Shown: positions 1 through 9,332 of the stretch, in pieces | How the letters are laid out: each line of letters starts with the position of its first letter | Numbering within the stretch: position 1 is the stretch's first letter | Translations under genes and position numbers: made by a program | Virus record (IMG/VR): IMGVR_UViG_3300020046_005360 | From: a virus | Taxonomy: Duplodnaviria > Caudoviricetes | DNA: 64,000 bases | Reading direction: 5' to 3' (one strand) | The notes under the pieces: model-generated | Seen by the model: the letters and a program-made list of their open reading frames with translations, nothing else | The model's database searches: none | What the model was told of the DNA's origin: nothing

Positions 1-114
1 ATATTTTTTGTAAAAATCAAGTAACTGATTCTTCCTATTTCCAGTAATATATTTTTCAATATTTTCATTAAACTCATTCCAGTTATCTAGAATTTCTTGT
101 GCACTTAATTTCAT
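1..114 (-). CDS. N-terminus of probable HD-domain phosphohydrolase (runs off window)
   Basis: Manual translation MKLSAQEILDNWNEFNENIEKYITGNRKNQLLDFYKKY resembles the start of HD proteins recalled from large phages; HD motif itself is outside the window. Confidence 0.45.
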   Translation of the reverse strand, partial: MKLSAQEILDNWNEFNENIEKYITGNRKNQLLDFYKKY

Positions 115-353
115 AATTTTTATTTAATTTCAATTTTTTCTACAATATATTTTGTATTATCATTATTTTTTAAAGACCAATCAGGATCATCGGAAATAAA
201 CTTATCTACTTCAATCCAATCTCTATCATAAAAGCTATACTCTATTACTAAGTAAGTCATAAATTTGTTGATTTAAAGCGCGTATTTTATAATTTCAATA
301 CTATATATGATTATCGAGTAATATTATTTTAAATCGCTTATATTATTTGAATA

Positions 354-530
354 TTAATAAGTTTCTTGATTGGTATTAAGTAAAGTTTGAATTTCTTCAA
401 TAATCTCTTCTACTTTAACTTCTGTTTCTCTATAAGTCTTAATTTCACCTCTTTCGGCAAGAAATCTAAGTTGTTTTAATCCATTTGATACACCAATAAG
501 TTTATCAATAATTTGAGTTTTGTATCTCAT
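354..530 (-). CDS. hypothetical protein (58 aa, not in ORF track)
   Basis: MRYKTQIIDKLIGV...NQETY*, TAATG-coupled to upstream ORF. Confidence 0.55.
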   Translation of the reverse strand: MRYKTQIIDKLIGVSNGLKQLRFLAERGEIKTYRETEVKVEEIIEEIQTLLNTNQETY

Positions 531-829
531 TATATTTGTTTTAGTTTGTTAATTATTTGATCTATGTCTTCGTATATAAAAATTCTACCAACTTCATCTA
601 GTTCTGTTTTGGTAATAAAAGATGTTGTCATTTCAAAACCATCGAATAATTCTAAAATAGGATAAGTAGTTGTTTTATAAAATTCTTCCAGTTTATCCCC
701 TATTAAAGAGGATATTTTATGTCCATCATCTATAATAGTTTCTTGATATGGAATATGTAATTCGTTTAGTTTACCTTTTAATTCATTACATACTAAGCAA
801 TTTTGGAGGGTGTAAATGTGTATTGTCAT
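530..829 (-). CDS. glutaredoxin/NrdH-like protein
   Basis: N-terminal IYT...CxxC (CLVC) and TYP cis-Pro motif. Confidence 0.7.
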   Translation of the reverse strand: MTIHIYTLQNCLVCNELKGKLNELHIPYQETIIDDGHKISSLIGDKLEEFYKTTTYPILELFDGFEMTTSFITKTELDEVGRIFIYEDIDQIINKLKQI

Positions 830-1038
830 AATATTATTTATAATTTAACCTAATTTCAATTTATAATAATAGATAAAATAAGGGGGTGGAGAGGTAAGTA
901 TTATGTTCTAAATTTCAAATATACTGAAATGTTATAAATAATATAGTTATTTTCTTCTCAACACTCTAATATACGAGATATATAATTTATTACCTCGACC
1001 CTCACTGCTTACTTTAAAATTTTTAGTATCCAAGTGAA

Positions 1039-1371
1039 TTAGTATAAGTCTTCGGAGTAAAGAGTTCCTTCACCTCCACTAACCATAATAATTTGAGACG
1101 CTTCCTTAGCTATAATCCATCCTTCTTGTCTATCGACGAATCGATTTAAATTAGTAAGGAATCCTTGAGTATAAGGGCCGCTTTCACAATCTCTTAATCC
1201 TGTAACTGCGGATTTGAGATATATACATTGCCCATGTCTTATACCTGTAAATACTGCTCCCGTTGGACAGTTCTTAGGAAGATATCTATTTAAAGGTACT
1301 TCCTCGTTTTTAATATGAGGGAATTCTTTATACCAAACAGCAGCGCATAATATTCTTTCTTTTATATCCAT
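1039..1371 (-). CDS. conserved phage hypothetical protein (CAA...RH...QGFLT...RFVDR...LYSEDLY type)
   Basis: ORF track; motif pattern recalled from phage hypotheticals. Confidence 0.65.
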   Translation of the reverse strand: MDIKERILCAAVWYKEFPHIKNEEVPLNRYLPKNCPTGAVFTGIRHGQCIYLKSAVTGLRDCESGPYTQGFLTNLNRFVDRQEGWIIAKEASQIIMVSGGEGTLYSEDLY

Positions 1372-2238
1372 ATTGATGATTCTTCAAATTCTCCGTCTGT
1401 AAATGTTTTATATTTTATCCCTTGAGAAGTAAGGTATTCTCCTAATACAGGTCCTATATAATTTCCAATAACACAACCTTCATATCCATCTAATATAGCT
1501 TTTTCTAATTTATCTATAAAAGGTTTAGCTACGGTAATTATATTATCTCGCTGTAATTGTTTCAGTCTATCTGATTCTTTCATATTTCCTCTAAAGTATA
1601 AATTAAATCTTCATTAAATCTTTCGTTGTGTTCTTCACATAAATCGAGATTTTTATTAGCTAAGTTTAAACTATGGAAAACTTTACCATTCTTGGTATAA
1701 GTTATAAAAGTTCCATATGTAGTCTTTTCTACATATTTACCATTACTACATTTTATTCTATACATAAATATTTAATTTAAATTATTAAAATTTCATAATC
1801 ATATTACGTCGTGAGATCTAAAATATATTGTTTTAAATCGCTTAAAATCGCTAGATTACGCGCATCTTTTATAGAACTATAATACTCTTCTGAATCATCT
1901 ATAAATTTAGAAATAAATAATATTTCATCTTTATTATTTCGAGTCAGTATATTTTTATCCTTCATCTCTAATATAGAATTCAAGGATTGTTGCATTAATT
2001 CTCCTAAAACTGGATTTAGGAAATCATTTATTATTTTATCTTCGTTATCCATAATTAAATTTGTTCAAATTTATAATTCGATATTTCCTCATTATTTCTT
2101 GTTTTACAAAAACATAATATTTCAAAATTTGTGAATGAAGAAGTATTTTCTATTACTTCATCTCCATCACTATCAAAACCTCTATCAATTCCCAAAGTTA
2201 ATTCCTTATTAGTATTTATATTTATAATTCTCCAAAAT

Positions 2239-2574
2239 TTACTTATCATATCTTCCTATTTTTAATCCACAACTTTTACACTGATCCATTACATCACACT
2301 TAACTAATTTACACCAAGGACTTTCTGTTTCTGAATATTCATCTAAGAATTCTTTATCCATCCAATCAGGAACGGGTTTCATATCTTTATACTTAATCCA
2401 TGTATAAAAGGGACAGACTTTAATTTTATAACCCCACCTTCCATCCTCCATTATACCAGGTTTAGAAATAGGAATATAACAATAATGAGTGTCTTTTGGT
2501 ATTTGTTTCTTAAGTTTTCTAGGTACTCTCCAATAGTATGGAGATTTTATAAATAATCCTTTCTCATTTTTCAT
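2239..2574 (-). CDS. Cys-rich hypothetical protein, possible Zn binding
   Basis: HYCY...CPF...WC...DQCKSCG. Confidence 0.55.
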   Translation of the reverse strand: MKNEKGLFIKSPYYWRVPRKLKKQIPKDTHYCYIPISKPGIMEDGRWGYKIKVCPFYTWIKYKDMKPVPDWMDKEFLDEYSETESPWCKLVKCDVMDQCKSCGLKIGRYDK

Positions 2575-2813
2575 ATTAATTCTTTTAAAATATTATAAAC
2601 ATCTGTAGGATAAAATATAGGACTTAAATTTATAATAGCATAAGTTTTACCAAACATTCCTTCTTTAAATTTAGACTCTTCTAATTTATTGGGTCGTAAT
2701 AATTCTCTTATTTCCCAAATTGTAAATCCTAAATCATATTTAGTTTCGAAATTTTTAAGTATTCTATCTAAATTTTCTTGTGTTAATTTAGGAATAGGTT
2801 TATTTACTTTCAT
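2571..2813 (-). CDS. hypothetical protein with MKVNKP N-terminus; paralog of 2810..3016
   Basis: Both share GF...E...LL...L...K(F/Y) pattern. Confidence 0.55.
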   Translation of the reverse strand: MKVNKPIPKLTQENLDRILKNFETKYDLGFTIWEIRELLRPNKLEESKFKEGMFGKTYAIINLSPIFYPTDVYNILKELI

Positions 2814-3019
2814 AATAATTCGTTTATTATACTTCTAAATCCATATGGAGTTATAATTTTACCTGGTTTATTATCCATTTTTAATTCATATTTCTCCAAA
2901 GGAATTTTAAGTATATTTAATAATTCTATAACTTCTTCATGATTAAATCCTATTTTACTTTTTCTAGGATAATCAAGAATTATTTTATCTGTTCTTTCAT
3001 ATAATATTACTTCCATAAT

Positions 3020-3640
3020 TTAATAATAAGTTGGTTCTCCCTTCTTGAAGTCTTTCCCCAAGTTTTCTATTACTTCCACTGCTTCTTTAACTGATATTTC
3101 AAAATATTCTCTACTACTTCCTTGATGGTTATTACATCTTAAGTGAGATAAATGTTTATGAACCAAGAATTCAACTAAATAATCGTCTACTACTGGTAGA
3201 GCGTATTTTAATACCCATTCTGACATTACACCAGCTCCATTTATCTGTTTAACTCGTTTTTGAGGATTAACAGCTTTACCTATCTTACATAGGTTTGGGT
3301 AAATAGGATTAGTTAAAATATAAACATATTTTCCGTCCTCATTATTCTGATCTAAAATTACTTTATTCTTCTGTTTCTTACCATATAAATAAACCCAATT
3401 CGTTGTTTGAGTTTCTGAATCATATGGTAATTGAATTTCAATATAATATTCAGGGTCTAAATAATCTAATAAATAACCTATATCTACCTTTCTATATTTA
3501 TTAGCTAAATCAACCCAATTTTGATACCATTTTGGGTTAAACATATTCCCTAATTCTATTTGATTGGTAAAGTAAACGAATATTTCATTCTTATTCTCTA
3601 ATTCAAGTGCTTGATCTAGAGTAATTTTTTGACGTCTCAT
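3020..3640 (-). CDS. T5orf172 / GIY-YIG-like (MUG113) domain protein
   Basis: YVYILTN...LCKIGK...KRVKQIN...E..VH..L...REYF. Confidence 0.8.
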   Translation of the reverse strand: MRRQKITLDQALELENKNEIFVYFTNQIELGNMFNPKWYQNWVDLANKYRKVDIGYLLDYLDPEYYIEIQLPYDSETQTTNWVYLYGKKQKNKVILDQNNEDGKYVYILTNPIYPNLCKIGKAVNPQKRVKQINGAGVMSEWVLKYALPVVDDYLVEFLVHKHLSHLRCNNHQGSSREYFEISVKEAVEVIENLGKDFKKGEPTYY

Positions 3641-4141
3641 TATATCTCTTCAATTTTATAAATACGTTTAAATACTCTAACATTCGCATGAAATAATGTA
3701 TAAGCATGATGGATATCGTTTGCTTTTAAATCCCATTCTAAATCAACACACTCGTCATTTATTTCTTTCCAATAATAAACTCTATATTTTCTCATTTAAA
3801 TAATATTTTTTATTTAAATTATGACATATTAAAGACATATCTTCAAATTTACCTTTATATATTTGAACTCCATCTTCTAATACTTCCCACTTTTTACCAT
3901 TTAAATCTAATGATTTTCTTTGATATTTTCTTTCCATAATAGGAGGCATTTTAACTTCTTGTGTAATAATTTTTATCATAATCTTAATTCTTTTTATTAA
4001 AGTGTTCTATTATTTCCTTTTCTGTATAAAATCTACTATATCCTTTCTGGACATATTTATCTCCTATTTTATTATATTTATTTAAATGTAAAATAAATTT
4101 ACTTAATATTTTTGAATCCATAACTCATCATTTTTATTTTC

Positions 4142-4196
4142 GTAAATATACGAACCTTTTCTAAATAAAGAAAGACCCTTGATTTCTCAAGAGCCT
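4142..4196 (-). promoter_or_regulatory. terminator of tRNA operon (4174-4196) followed by early promoter -7 box (TTCGTATATTTAC)
   Basis: Minus strand GGCTCTTGAGAAATCAAGGGTCTTTCTTT hairpin + U-tract, then recurrent promoter motif. Confidence 0.7.
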
Positions 4197-4339
4197 AATC
4201 TATAATCCAAATTTTTGTAATACCCCTAGAATTTGGAAACTATGCCAACCTACGATTTGGAGGACCTCCACGCCAACACCCGAAGGGTCTGTAATTCCTA
4301 TCTTCGATCCATATTCCTGCAGAAATAGAGGGCTAATTG

Positions 4340-4412
4340 TGGTCCATACGGGATTTGAACCCGTAACCTTCAAGTTATGAGCTTGCTTCTCTACCAGTTG
4401 AGATAACGGACC
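4340..4412 (-). tRNA. tRNA-Met/Ile2 (CAT)
   Basis: Cloverleaf; CAAG-CT CAT AA-CTTG; GGTTCAAATCC T arm. Confidence 0.88.
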
Positions 4413-4633
4413 GATTTTCATTACATGAGATTACTGTAACTAGATTTTAACGGTTCTTTTTCTTAAAAATTCAACCATTAGTGTCTTACCACATGAAACT
4501 AAAATCAACCTTCCGTGGAGGAGTTGGTAACATCCTTTTATCCAATCGGCCCCTTCTATAAAGTCGTAGACGGAACAACTATAACTTTTTAATGGTGAAG
4601 TTACAAACACTCTGAGTATCTCTTACTCATTAG

Positions 4634-4704
4634 TAGCGTAGTAAGGACTCGAACCTCGACCTCGGGTTATGAGCCCGTCATGTTACCAATTACACCAAAA
4701 CGCA
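4634..4704 (-). tRNA. tRNA-fMet (CAT, initiator type)
   Basis: GGG-CT CAT AA-CCC anticodon stem, unpaired 1:72. Confidence 0.8.
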
Positions 4705-4709
4705 ATTTG

Positions 4710-4780
4710 CTGATTAATAAGGGATCGAACCTTAATCCTGCTTGCGGTAAAGCTTGCTGTGCCCATTACACCATAATCAA
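4710..4780 (-). pseudogene. degenerate tRNA-like sequence, anticodon undetermined
   Basis: Acceptor TTGATTA/TAATCAG, D arm GGTGTAATGGGCAC, T arm GGTTCGATCC; anticodon arm malformed. Confidence 0.5.
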
Positions 4781-4833
4781 TCGATGACTTGCAAATCATC
4801 ATATATAGGTTAATTACTCCTATATTTTATCCG

Positions 4834-4907
4834 CGGTCTATGTGGGACTCGAACCCACGATCTCCTACGTGACAGGCAGGCGTCCACTCCATCTGGACCG
4901 ATAGACC
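4834..4907 (-). tRNA. tRNA-Asp (GTC)
   Basis: Cloverleaf, CCTGC-CT GTC AC-GTAGG. Confidence 0.92.
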
Positions 4908-4990
4908 AATTTGGCGATTTCATACTAGAATTTCCATTTTAGGAAAATCGAAACTCCCTCATTCGCCACGAGGTGGAACTGCATAAATTG

Positions 4991-5062
4991 TGGACCATAT
5001 GGGATTCGAACCCAACCCCTCTTACTTAAAGTAAACCATTCCAACCATTAAACTTAAAGCCC
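4991..5062 (-). tRNA. weak/degenerate tRNA with apparent TTA (ochre-suppressor) anticodon
   Basis: GGGCTTT/ATGGTCC acceptor with mismatch, loop CT TTA AG, GGGTTCGAATCCC T arm. Confidence 0.45.
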
Positions 5063-5152
5063 AATTAAAACAGTAACTATTCTTAAGTTTCGAACCTCTT
5101 AATAGCTTTTTAATATCCTTAGACGCTGTTTCTTCCATCTAATTAACATGTG

Positions 5153-5225
5153 TGGAGTTACCGAGGATCGAACTCGGGACTAGAATTTGCAAAACTCTTA
5201 TTTTAGCCGATTAAACTATAACCCC
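5153..5225 (-). tRNA. tRNA-Ala (TGC)
   Basis: G3:U70, AGAGT-TT TGC AA-ATTCT. Confidence 0.9.
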
Positions 5226-5289
5226 AAATAAGTAGTAATCGTATAGTTGGAAATCATTGCGACTTCTCGGTGTAACTCATACTACTTTG

Positions 5290-5360
5290 TAGCCCGACGG
5301 AGTAACGATCTCCGGTTTCTGAATTGAAAGTACAGTATCCTACCTTTAGATGACCGGGCC
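5290..5360 (-). tRNA. tRNA-Glu (TTC)
   Basis: GGCCCGG/TCGGGCT acceptor, CT TTC AA loop, atypical T loop ATCGTTA. Confidence 0.8.
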
Positions 5361-5465
5361 AATTAAGAAATTTTAGCTTAATCTTTCTCCGTAAACTTAA
5401 TTACGCGCTTTAAATTTCTTATTCTTTAATATACGATTTGAAATTTTAGTATCCAAATCTTTTTG

Positions 5466-5539
5466 TGCAGATTGTGGGATTCGAACCCACGATATCCTAC
5501 TTGGAAGGTAGGCGCAATCGGCCGCTATGCGAAATCTGC
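5466..5539 (-). tRNA. tRNA-Gly (TCC)
   Basis: CCTAC-CT TCC AA-GTAGG. Confidence 0.92.
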
Positions 5540-5611
5540 AAATAATTAGAGAAGGTAGGTGAAGTCGTTATAACTAAAGGTTTACCAAACCATACCTATT
5601 TCTCTAATTTG

Positions 5612-5686
5612 TACTCAAGGTGGGAGTCGAACCCACAAAAATCTTGATCCTAAATCAAGCGCGTCTTCCAGTTCCGCCACTCAAGC
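5612..5686 (-). tRNA. tRNA-Leu (TAG), short variable arm
   Basis: CTTGA-TT TAG GA-TCAAG; Leu-type D arm GGCGGAA..GG..GACGCG. Confidence 0.85.
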
Positions 5687-5731
5687 AATTATATTTCCTT
5701 TATTCATTGTATAATATAAACCAATCCATAG

Positions 5732-5811
5732 TACCCCAGACAGGACTCGAACCTGTACCCTTACGGACAGCTGCTTAAAAGCTGCGTGTCTACCAATTTC
5801 ACCACTGGGGC
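5732..5811 (-). tRNA. tRNA-Leu (TAA)
   Basis: CAGCT-TT TAA GC-AGCTG with variable arm. Confidence 0.9.
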
Positions 5812-5961
5812 ATTTAAGGTGTATTATCCTATTATTACGAACTGTCTTATGACAATATCAGATTCGAACTGATATTTCCTTATTTTATCTTATGTAAGAT
5901 CACTTATCAATTTCGGTAGCGTCCTCTAGTTACTATGTAATAGAGGGTCGACTCTTAATTG

Positions 5962-6033
5962 AGGGTTTATAGAGGATCGAACTCTAAACTCTTAGTTTTG
6001 CAAACTAGAGGCTTAACCATCAGCCTTAAACCC
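5962..6033 (-). tRNA. tRNA-Cys (GCA)
   Basis: CTAGT-TT GCA AA-ACTAA, U73 discriminator. Confidence 0.85.
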
Positions 6034-6038
6034 GTATT

Positions 6039-6695
6039 TTAAAATCTATGTTTTTTACAAATTTCCCATAATTCGGGAATATGATTTTTTATAAATTTTC
6101 CTGAATATTGAGGTGTCCAATTCATTTTTTCACTAATTTTATTTCTCCAACCTGTTATTTTATAATCAACATCAAAATTTAATATTTCATTTTTACATTT
6201 TTCTATCCTAACTAAGTTAGAATCTTGTAAATTATTTATATCTTTTTTATTAGATGATTTTTTCTTATTTTTACTTTTATATGTATCTTGGATTGAATCA
6301 CAATTAGAACATAAAAATCTTAAATTTTGTAATCTATGATCATTATTAATTCCATTTTTGTGATCTAATACTAAGGGCATTATTTTACCTTGCCAATTTT
6401 CATCTTGACCACAACATTCACAAACATAAGGTATTAATTTCTTTTTTATTACTCTTAATCTAATTTTACCCCTAGGTTCATTTGAATCACATTTAAATAA
6501 ATCTTCATTAGTTATCCTATAATATGGATTTATATTATAATTTTTAAAATGAGATATATCTATATTATAGTTTAATATTTTATTATTTATAAAATCTCTA
6601 CTATTTCCATTCTTAATTTGAAGTTTATTTTCTAATTCACTCCAGTTATTACATTCTTTAATTAAAAGTTCTAAATTCTCTTTACTGTATTTCAT
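6039..6695 (-). CDS. free-standing HNH homing endonuclease
   Basis: CECCG...LDHKNGINNDHRLQNLRFLCSNC. Confidence 0.9.
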   Translation of the reverse strand: MKYSKENLELLIKECNNWSELENKLQIKNGNSRDFINNKILNYNIDISHFKNYNINPYYRITNEDLFKCDSNEPRGKIRLRVIKKKLIPYVCECCGQDENWQGKIMPLVLDHKNGINNDHRLQNLRFLCSNCDSIQDTYKSKNKKKSSNKKDINNLQDSNLVRIEKCKNEILNFDVDYKITGWRNKISEKMNWTPQYSGKFIKNHIPELWEICKKHRF

Positions 6696-6753
6696 ATTAC
6701 GTTATTTACACGTATAAATATATAAAAGTTGAACTTTTTATCGATTACTTTCA

Positions 6754-6787
6754 CAAACAGCTCCCTTAACCACTCGGGCATACTACC
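6754..6787 (-). pseudogene. orphan 5' half of a tRNA (probably Cys)
   Basis: GGTAGTATGCCCGAGTGGTTAAGGGAGCTGTTTG then breaks off at the anticodon just upstream of the HNH gene. Confidence 0.7.
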
Positions 6788-7007
6788 AAATAATAATTAA
6801 TAGGCTAATCTAATTATGGATTTAACAGACTTAGTATCTCGCCTGACCTAATATACTTCTTTATAAAGTATTATTAATTATTTATATTGTAAATATATGA
6901 ATAAATATTTTAAAAACCAAATTTATTTTGAATTACTTTTATTCTAAATCCAAACAAATAATAATATTTGTGCCACCCGTCATTGTTTATATAAAATATT
7001 CTCATGA

Positions 7008-7511
7008 TTAAAAAAGAATATATTTTTTCCAACTTTCGGGCACATCACCAACACTTTTGATTAACATTAGAAAGTGAGGTCGTTTTGGATCTGGAATTTC
7101 TCTACCCCATTCTTCTAAAGTTAAATCTGCTTTTTGACCATTACATTTTCTACATGCTGTAACGACATTTTCAAAAGTATTTTGTCCACCTTTCGAAGTG
7201 GGAAAAACGTGATCTAATGTTAATGTTTTTCGATCATCATCTCCACAATAAACACATTCGTAATTATCTCTTTTATAAACATTTTCTCTTGAAAATGGAA
7301 CTTTTTGATACTTTTGATTTACATATTTATTTACCTTTATAATAGAAGGTTTTTTAATTTTCAAAAGTGGATTAACTAAACGAAAAGTTTCATCATGTTC
7401 ATCTATAACTTCAGCATTTCCTTTATAAGAAATTACAAATGCTCTATCTGAACTTATAATACTCCGAGCCATATGGGCTGAGTCTATTACTAATGTTTTA
7501 TTCTGTTTCAT
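7008..7511 (-). CDS. HNH endonuclease (McrA-like)
   Basis: RDNYECVYCG...TLDHVFPTSKGG...NVVTACRKCN. Confidence 0.9.
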   Translation of the reverse strand: MKQNKTLVIDSAHMARSIISSDRAFVISYKGNAEVIDEHDETFRLVNPLLKIKKPSIIKVNKYVNQKYQKVPFSRENVYKRDNYECVYCGDDDRKTLTLDHVFPTSKGGQNTFENVVTACRKCNGQKADLTLEEWGREIPDPKRPHFLMLIKSVGDVPESWKKYILF

Positions 7512-7699
7512 AACTTATACTGTGTTTTTCTATTATATTTCCAAGAACGATATTCTCTGTATTTAAAAGAATAGATTCCACTCTTTTTACTCCAACAATC
7601 TTCCCAATACATAGGATATAATTCATCATATAAAATTCCTTTATATTCCTTATTACCTTGGGTTAACTTTAATTTTGTTCTTCTAGTGTTTATACTCAT
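7508..7699 (-). CDS. small basic phage protein (RSWK..RKTQYK type)
   Basis: C-terminal RSWKYNRKTQYK motif. Confidence 0.6.
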   Translation of the reverse strand: MSINTRRTKLKLTQGNKEYKGILYDELYPMYWEDCWSKKSGIYSFKYREYRSWKYNRKTQYKL

Positions 7700-7765
7700 T
7701 TTTACTCATTTTAGGTTATTAAACCTAATGAGCGTCAAATTTCTTTTTCATAATTATTTTATTAG

Positions 7766-7838
7766 CACAGACGATAGGAATCGAACCTACTCGAAACATG
7801 AGTTTTGGAGACTCACCGGCTACCTTAGCCTCATCTGT
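7766..7838 (-). tRNA. tRNA-Trp (CCA)
   Basis: TGAGT-CT CCA AA-ACTCA. Confidence 0.85.
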
Positions 7839-7916
7839 ATTTGGGTAGGTCGAACGCGTTTCGCCTACCGAGACCTCGTAGTTAGATAAATCCAGCGCTT
7901 ACCGAGACACCATTTG

Positions 7917-7988
7917 AACCCCTACTTGGACTTGAACCAAGATCAAAACGTTAGAAGCGTCTTATTTTTCCAATTAAACTATAGAGGC
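7917..7988 (-). tRNA. tRNA-Arg (TCT)
   Basis: AGACG-CT TCT AA-CGTTT. Confidence 0.88.
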
Positions 7989-7991
7989 AGT

Positions 7992-8280
7992 TTACCTAGA
8001 TTTCGTTCTAGGGAGACGTAAGCTATAAATACCTAGTATTTAACGCTTAACGACTTATTACGCCGCGTATGCAAAGTTGTCCTTTACGATAATATCAATC
8101 TCTTTTTATCTACTAAACCATAATCAAAACCTTTCATCCCCGTATAAGCTATTATATCAACATAATATTTAACAAAAAACCAAGCCGAACTTAATGTTTT
8201 ACTCCCATATCGAGTACTTGTGGAGATGCCGGTAATCGAAACCGGGTCTTACAGAACGTCTATAAACGTCAACAACTAAT
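7992..8280 (-). ncRNA. ssrA: circularly permuted (two-piece) tmRNA: acceptor piece ~8280-8221, intervening spacer 8220-8142, coding piece 8141-~7992
   Basis: 3' TLD GACCCGGTTTCGATTACCGGCATCTCCA precedes 5' TLD GGGGATGAAAGGTTTTGA; acceptor GGGGATG/CATCTCC with G3:U70; TTATGG/CTGTAA helix; tag frame VKDNFAYAA-TAA-TAA at 8087-8055. Confidence 0.85.
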
Positions 8281-8285
8281 ATTTG

Positions 8286-8360
8286 AACGCCAACGAGGAT
8301 TCGAACCTACGATATCTCTTAATCCGTAATTAAGTGTTTTTCCATTTAAACTATAAGCGC
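8286..8360 (-). tRNA. tRNA-Arg (ACG)
   Basis: CTTAA-TT ACG GA-TTAAG. Confidence 0.82.
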
Positions 8361-8456
8361 ATAAAGCTAATCCTTTCAATTAGCCGCTCGGATTAAGGTA
8401 CCAAGTTTAAGACAATTTTCATGTCGACCAGGACTTATACCCTTTGGGTATCGTCG

Positions 8457-8543
8457 TGTGAAAGATGGGACTCGAACCCACAAGTACATTTCTGTCACCT
8501 GATCCACAATCAGGCCCGCTACCAATTACGGACTACAATCACC
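8457..8543 (-). tRNA. tRNA-His (GTG) with unusually long variable arm
   Basis: G-1 start GGTGAT, CCTGA-TT GTG GA-TCAGG, extra arm TGACAGAAATGTAC. Confidence 0.8.
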
Positions 8544-8545
8544 AT

Positions 8546-9013
8546 CTATTTCTTATTCTTGTTTCCAACACAATGAGTATCTAAAGTAGAATTACAGTTT
8601 GGGCATACTATTCTTAAATTAAATAATCTATGATCATTATTAATTCCGTTTATGTGATCTATTATAAGACTCATTTTCTTTCCTCTCCATATTTCTCCTT
8701 GTCCACATAATTCACATTCTCTTTTTTTCAATCCAACATCATATAACCTCTTTTTAAGATAAGTTTTACTATAATTTGAATTTTCAATCATTATTTCTTC
8801 TAAAGAATATCGTCTATTAATATCAGAACAATTCTTTATTATCTGAGACCTAGTAAGGAAATGACTATCATCAATATTATATAATTTAATATATTTACCT
8901 AATTCAGCATACGCTTGACCTCCTTGAAACATTCCTAATTTACCTAAACATTCCTTTTTAGTGAATGAATTTTTAACAGCCTCTTCTACTATTTCTCTTG
9001 TATACTTCTTCAT
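8546..9013 (-). CDS. free-standing HNH homing endonuclease (paralog of 6039..6695)
   Basis: CELCG...IDHINGINNDHRLFNLRIVCPNC. Confidence 0.9.
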   Translation of the reverse strand: MKKYTREIVEEAVKNSFTKKECLGKLGMFQGGQAYAELGKYIKLYNIDDSHFLTRSQIIKNCSDINRRYSLEEIMIENSNYSKTYLKKRLYDVGLKKRECELCGQGEIWRGKKMSLIIDHINGINNDHRLFNLRIVCPNCNSTLDTHCVGNKNKK

Positions 9014-9063
9014 ATCATGTTTTAATATAAATATATAAGAGGGGTAAAGTAATTAATATATTT

Positions 9064-9095
9064 TCAGATGCTTTACCAATTCAGCTACGATCACC
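9064..9095 (-). pseudogene. orphan 5' half of tRNA-His
   Basis: GGTGATCGTAGCTGAATTGGTAAAGCATCTGA, truncated in the anticodon arm just upstream of the HNH gene. Confidence 0.75.
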
Positions 9096-9204
9096 ATATT
9101 AATTAAATAAGGGTTGAGAACTACCTGCGGCTATTTCTATTCATCTCTATACTAGTTATCGTACGTTCTAATATAGCACCACATTTCAACCCTTATTTAA
9201 TTCG

Positions 9205-9272
9205 TACCGAGTACTAGTAACGATCTAGTCTAAAAATGGATATGAGCCATTCTCGATCCCTGATCACTCGGC
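9205..9272 (-). tRNA. tRNA-Met (CAT) with minimal D arm
   Basis: GCCGAGT/ACTCGGT acceptor, AATGG-CT CAT AT-CCATT, D arm GATC-AGG-GATC. Confidence 0.7.
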
Positions 9273-9332
9273 GGCTTCTATATACTTTTCGAAAAGTAAT
9301 GGTAGTATAGACACTATTATTCCATGTTTCTG

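Noticed and set aside
5845-5935. Possible extra tRNA (ATCAGTTCGAATCTGAT T-arm-like hairpin)
   Set aside because: No convincing acceptor stem, D arm or anticodon arm could be assembled.
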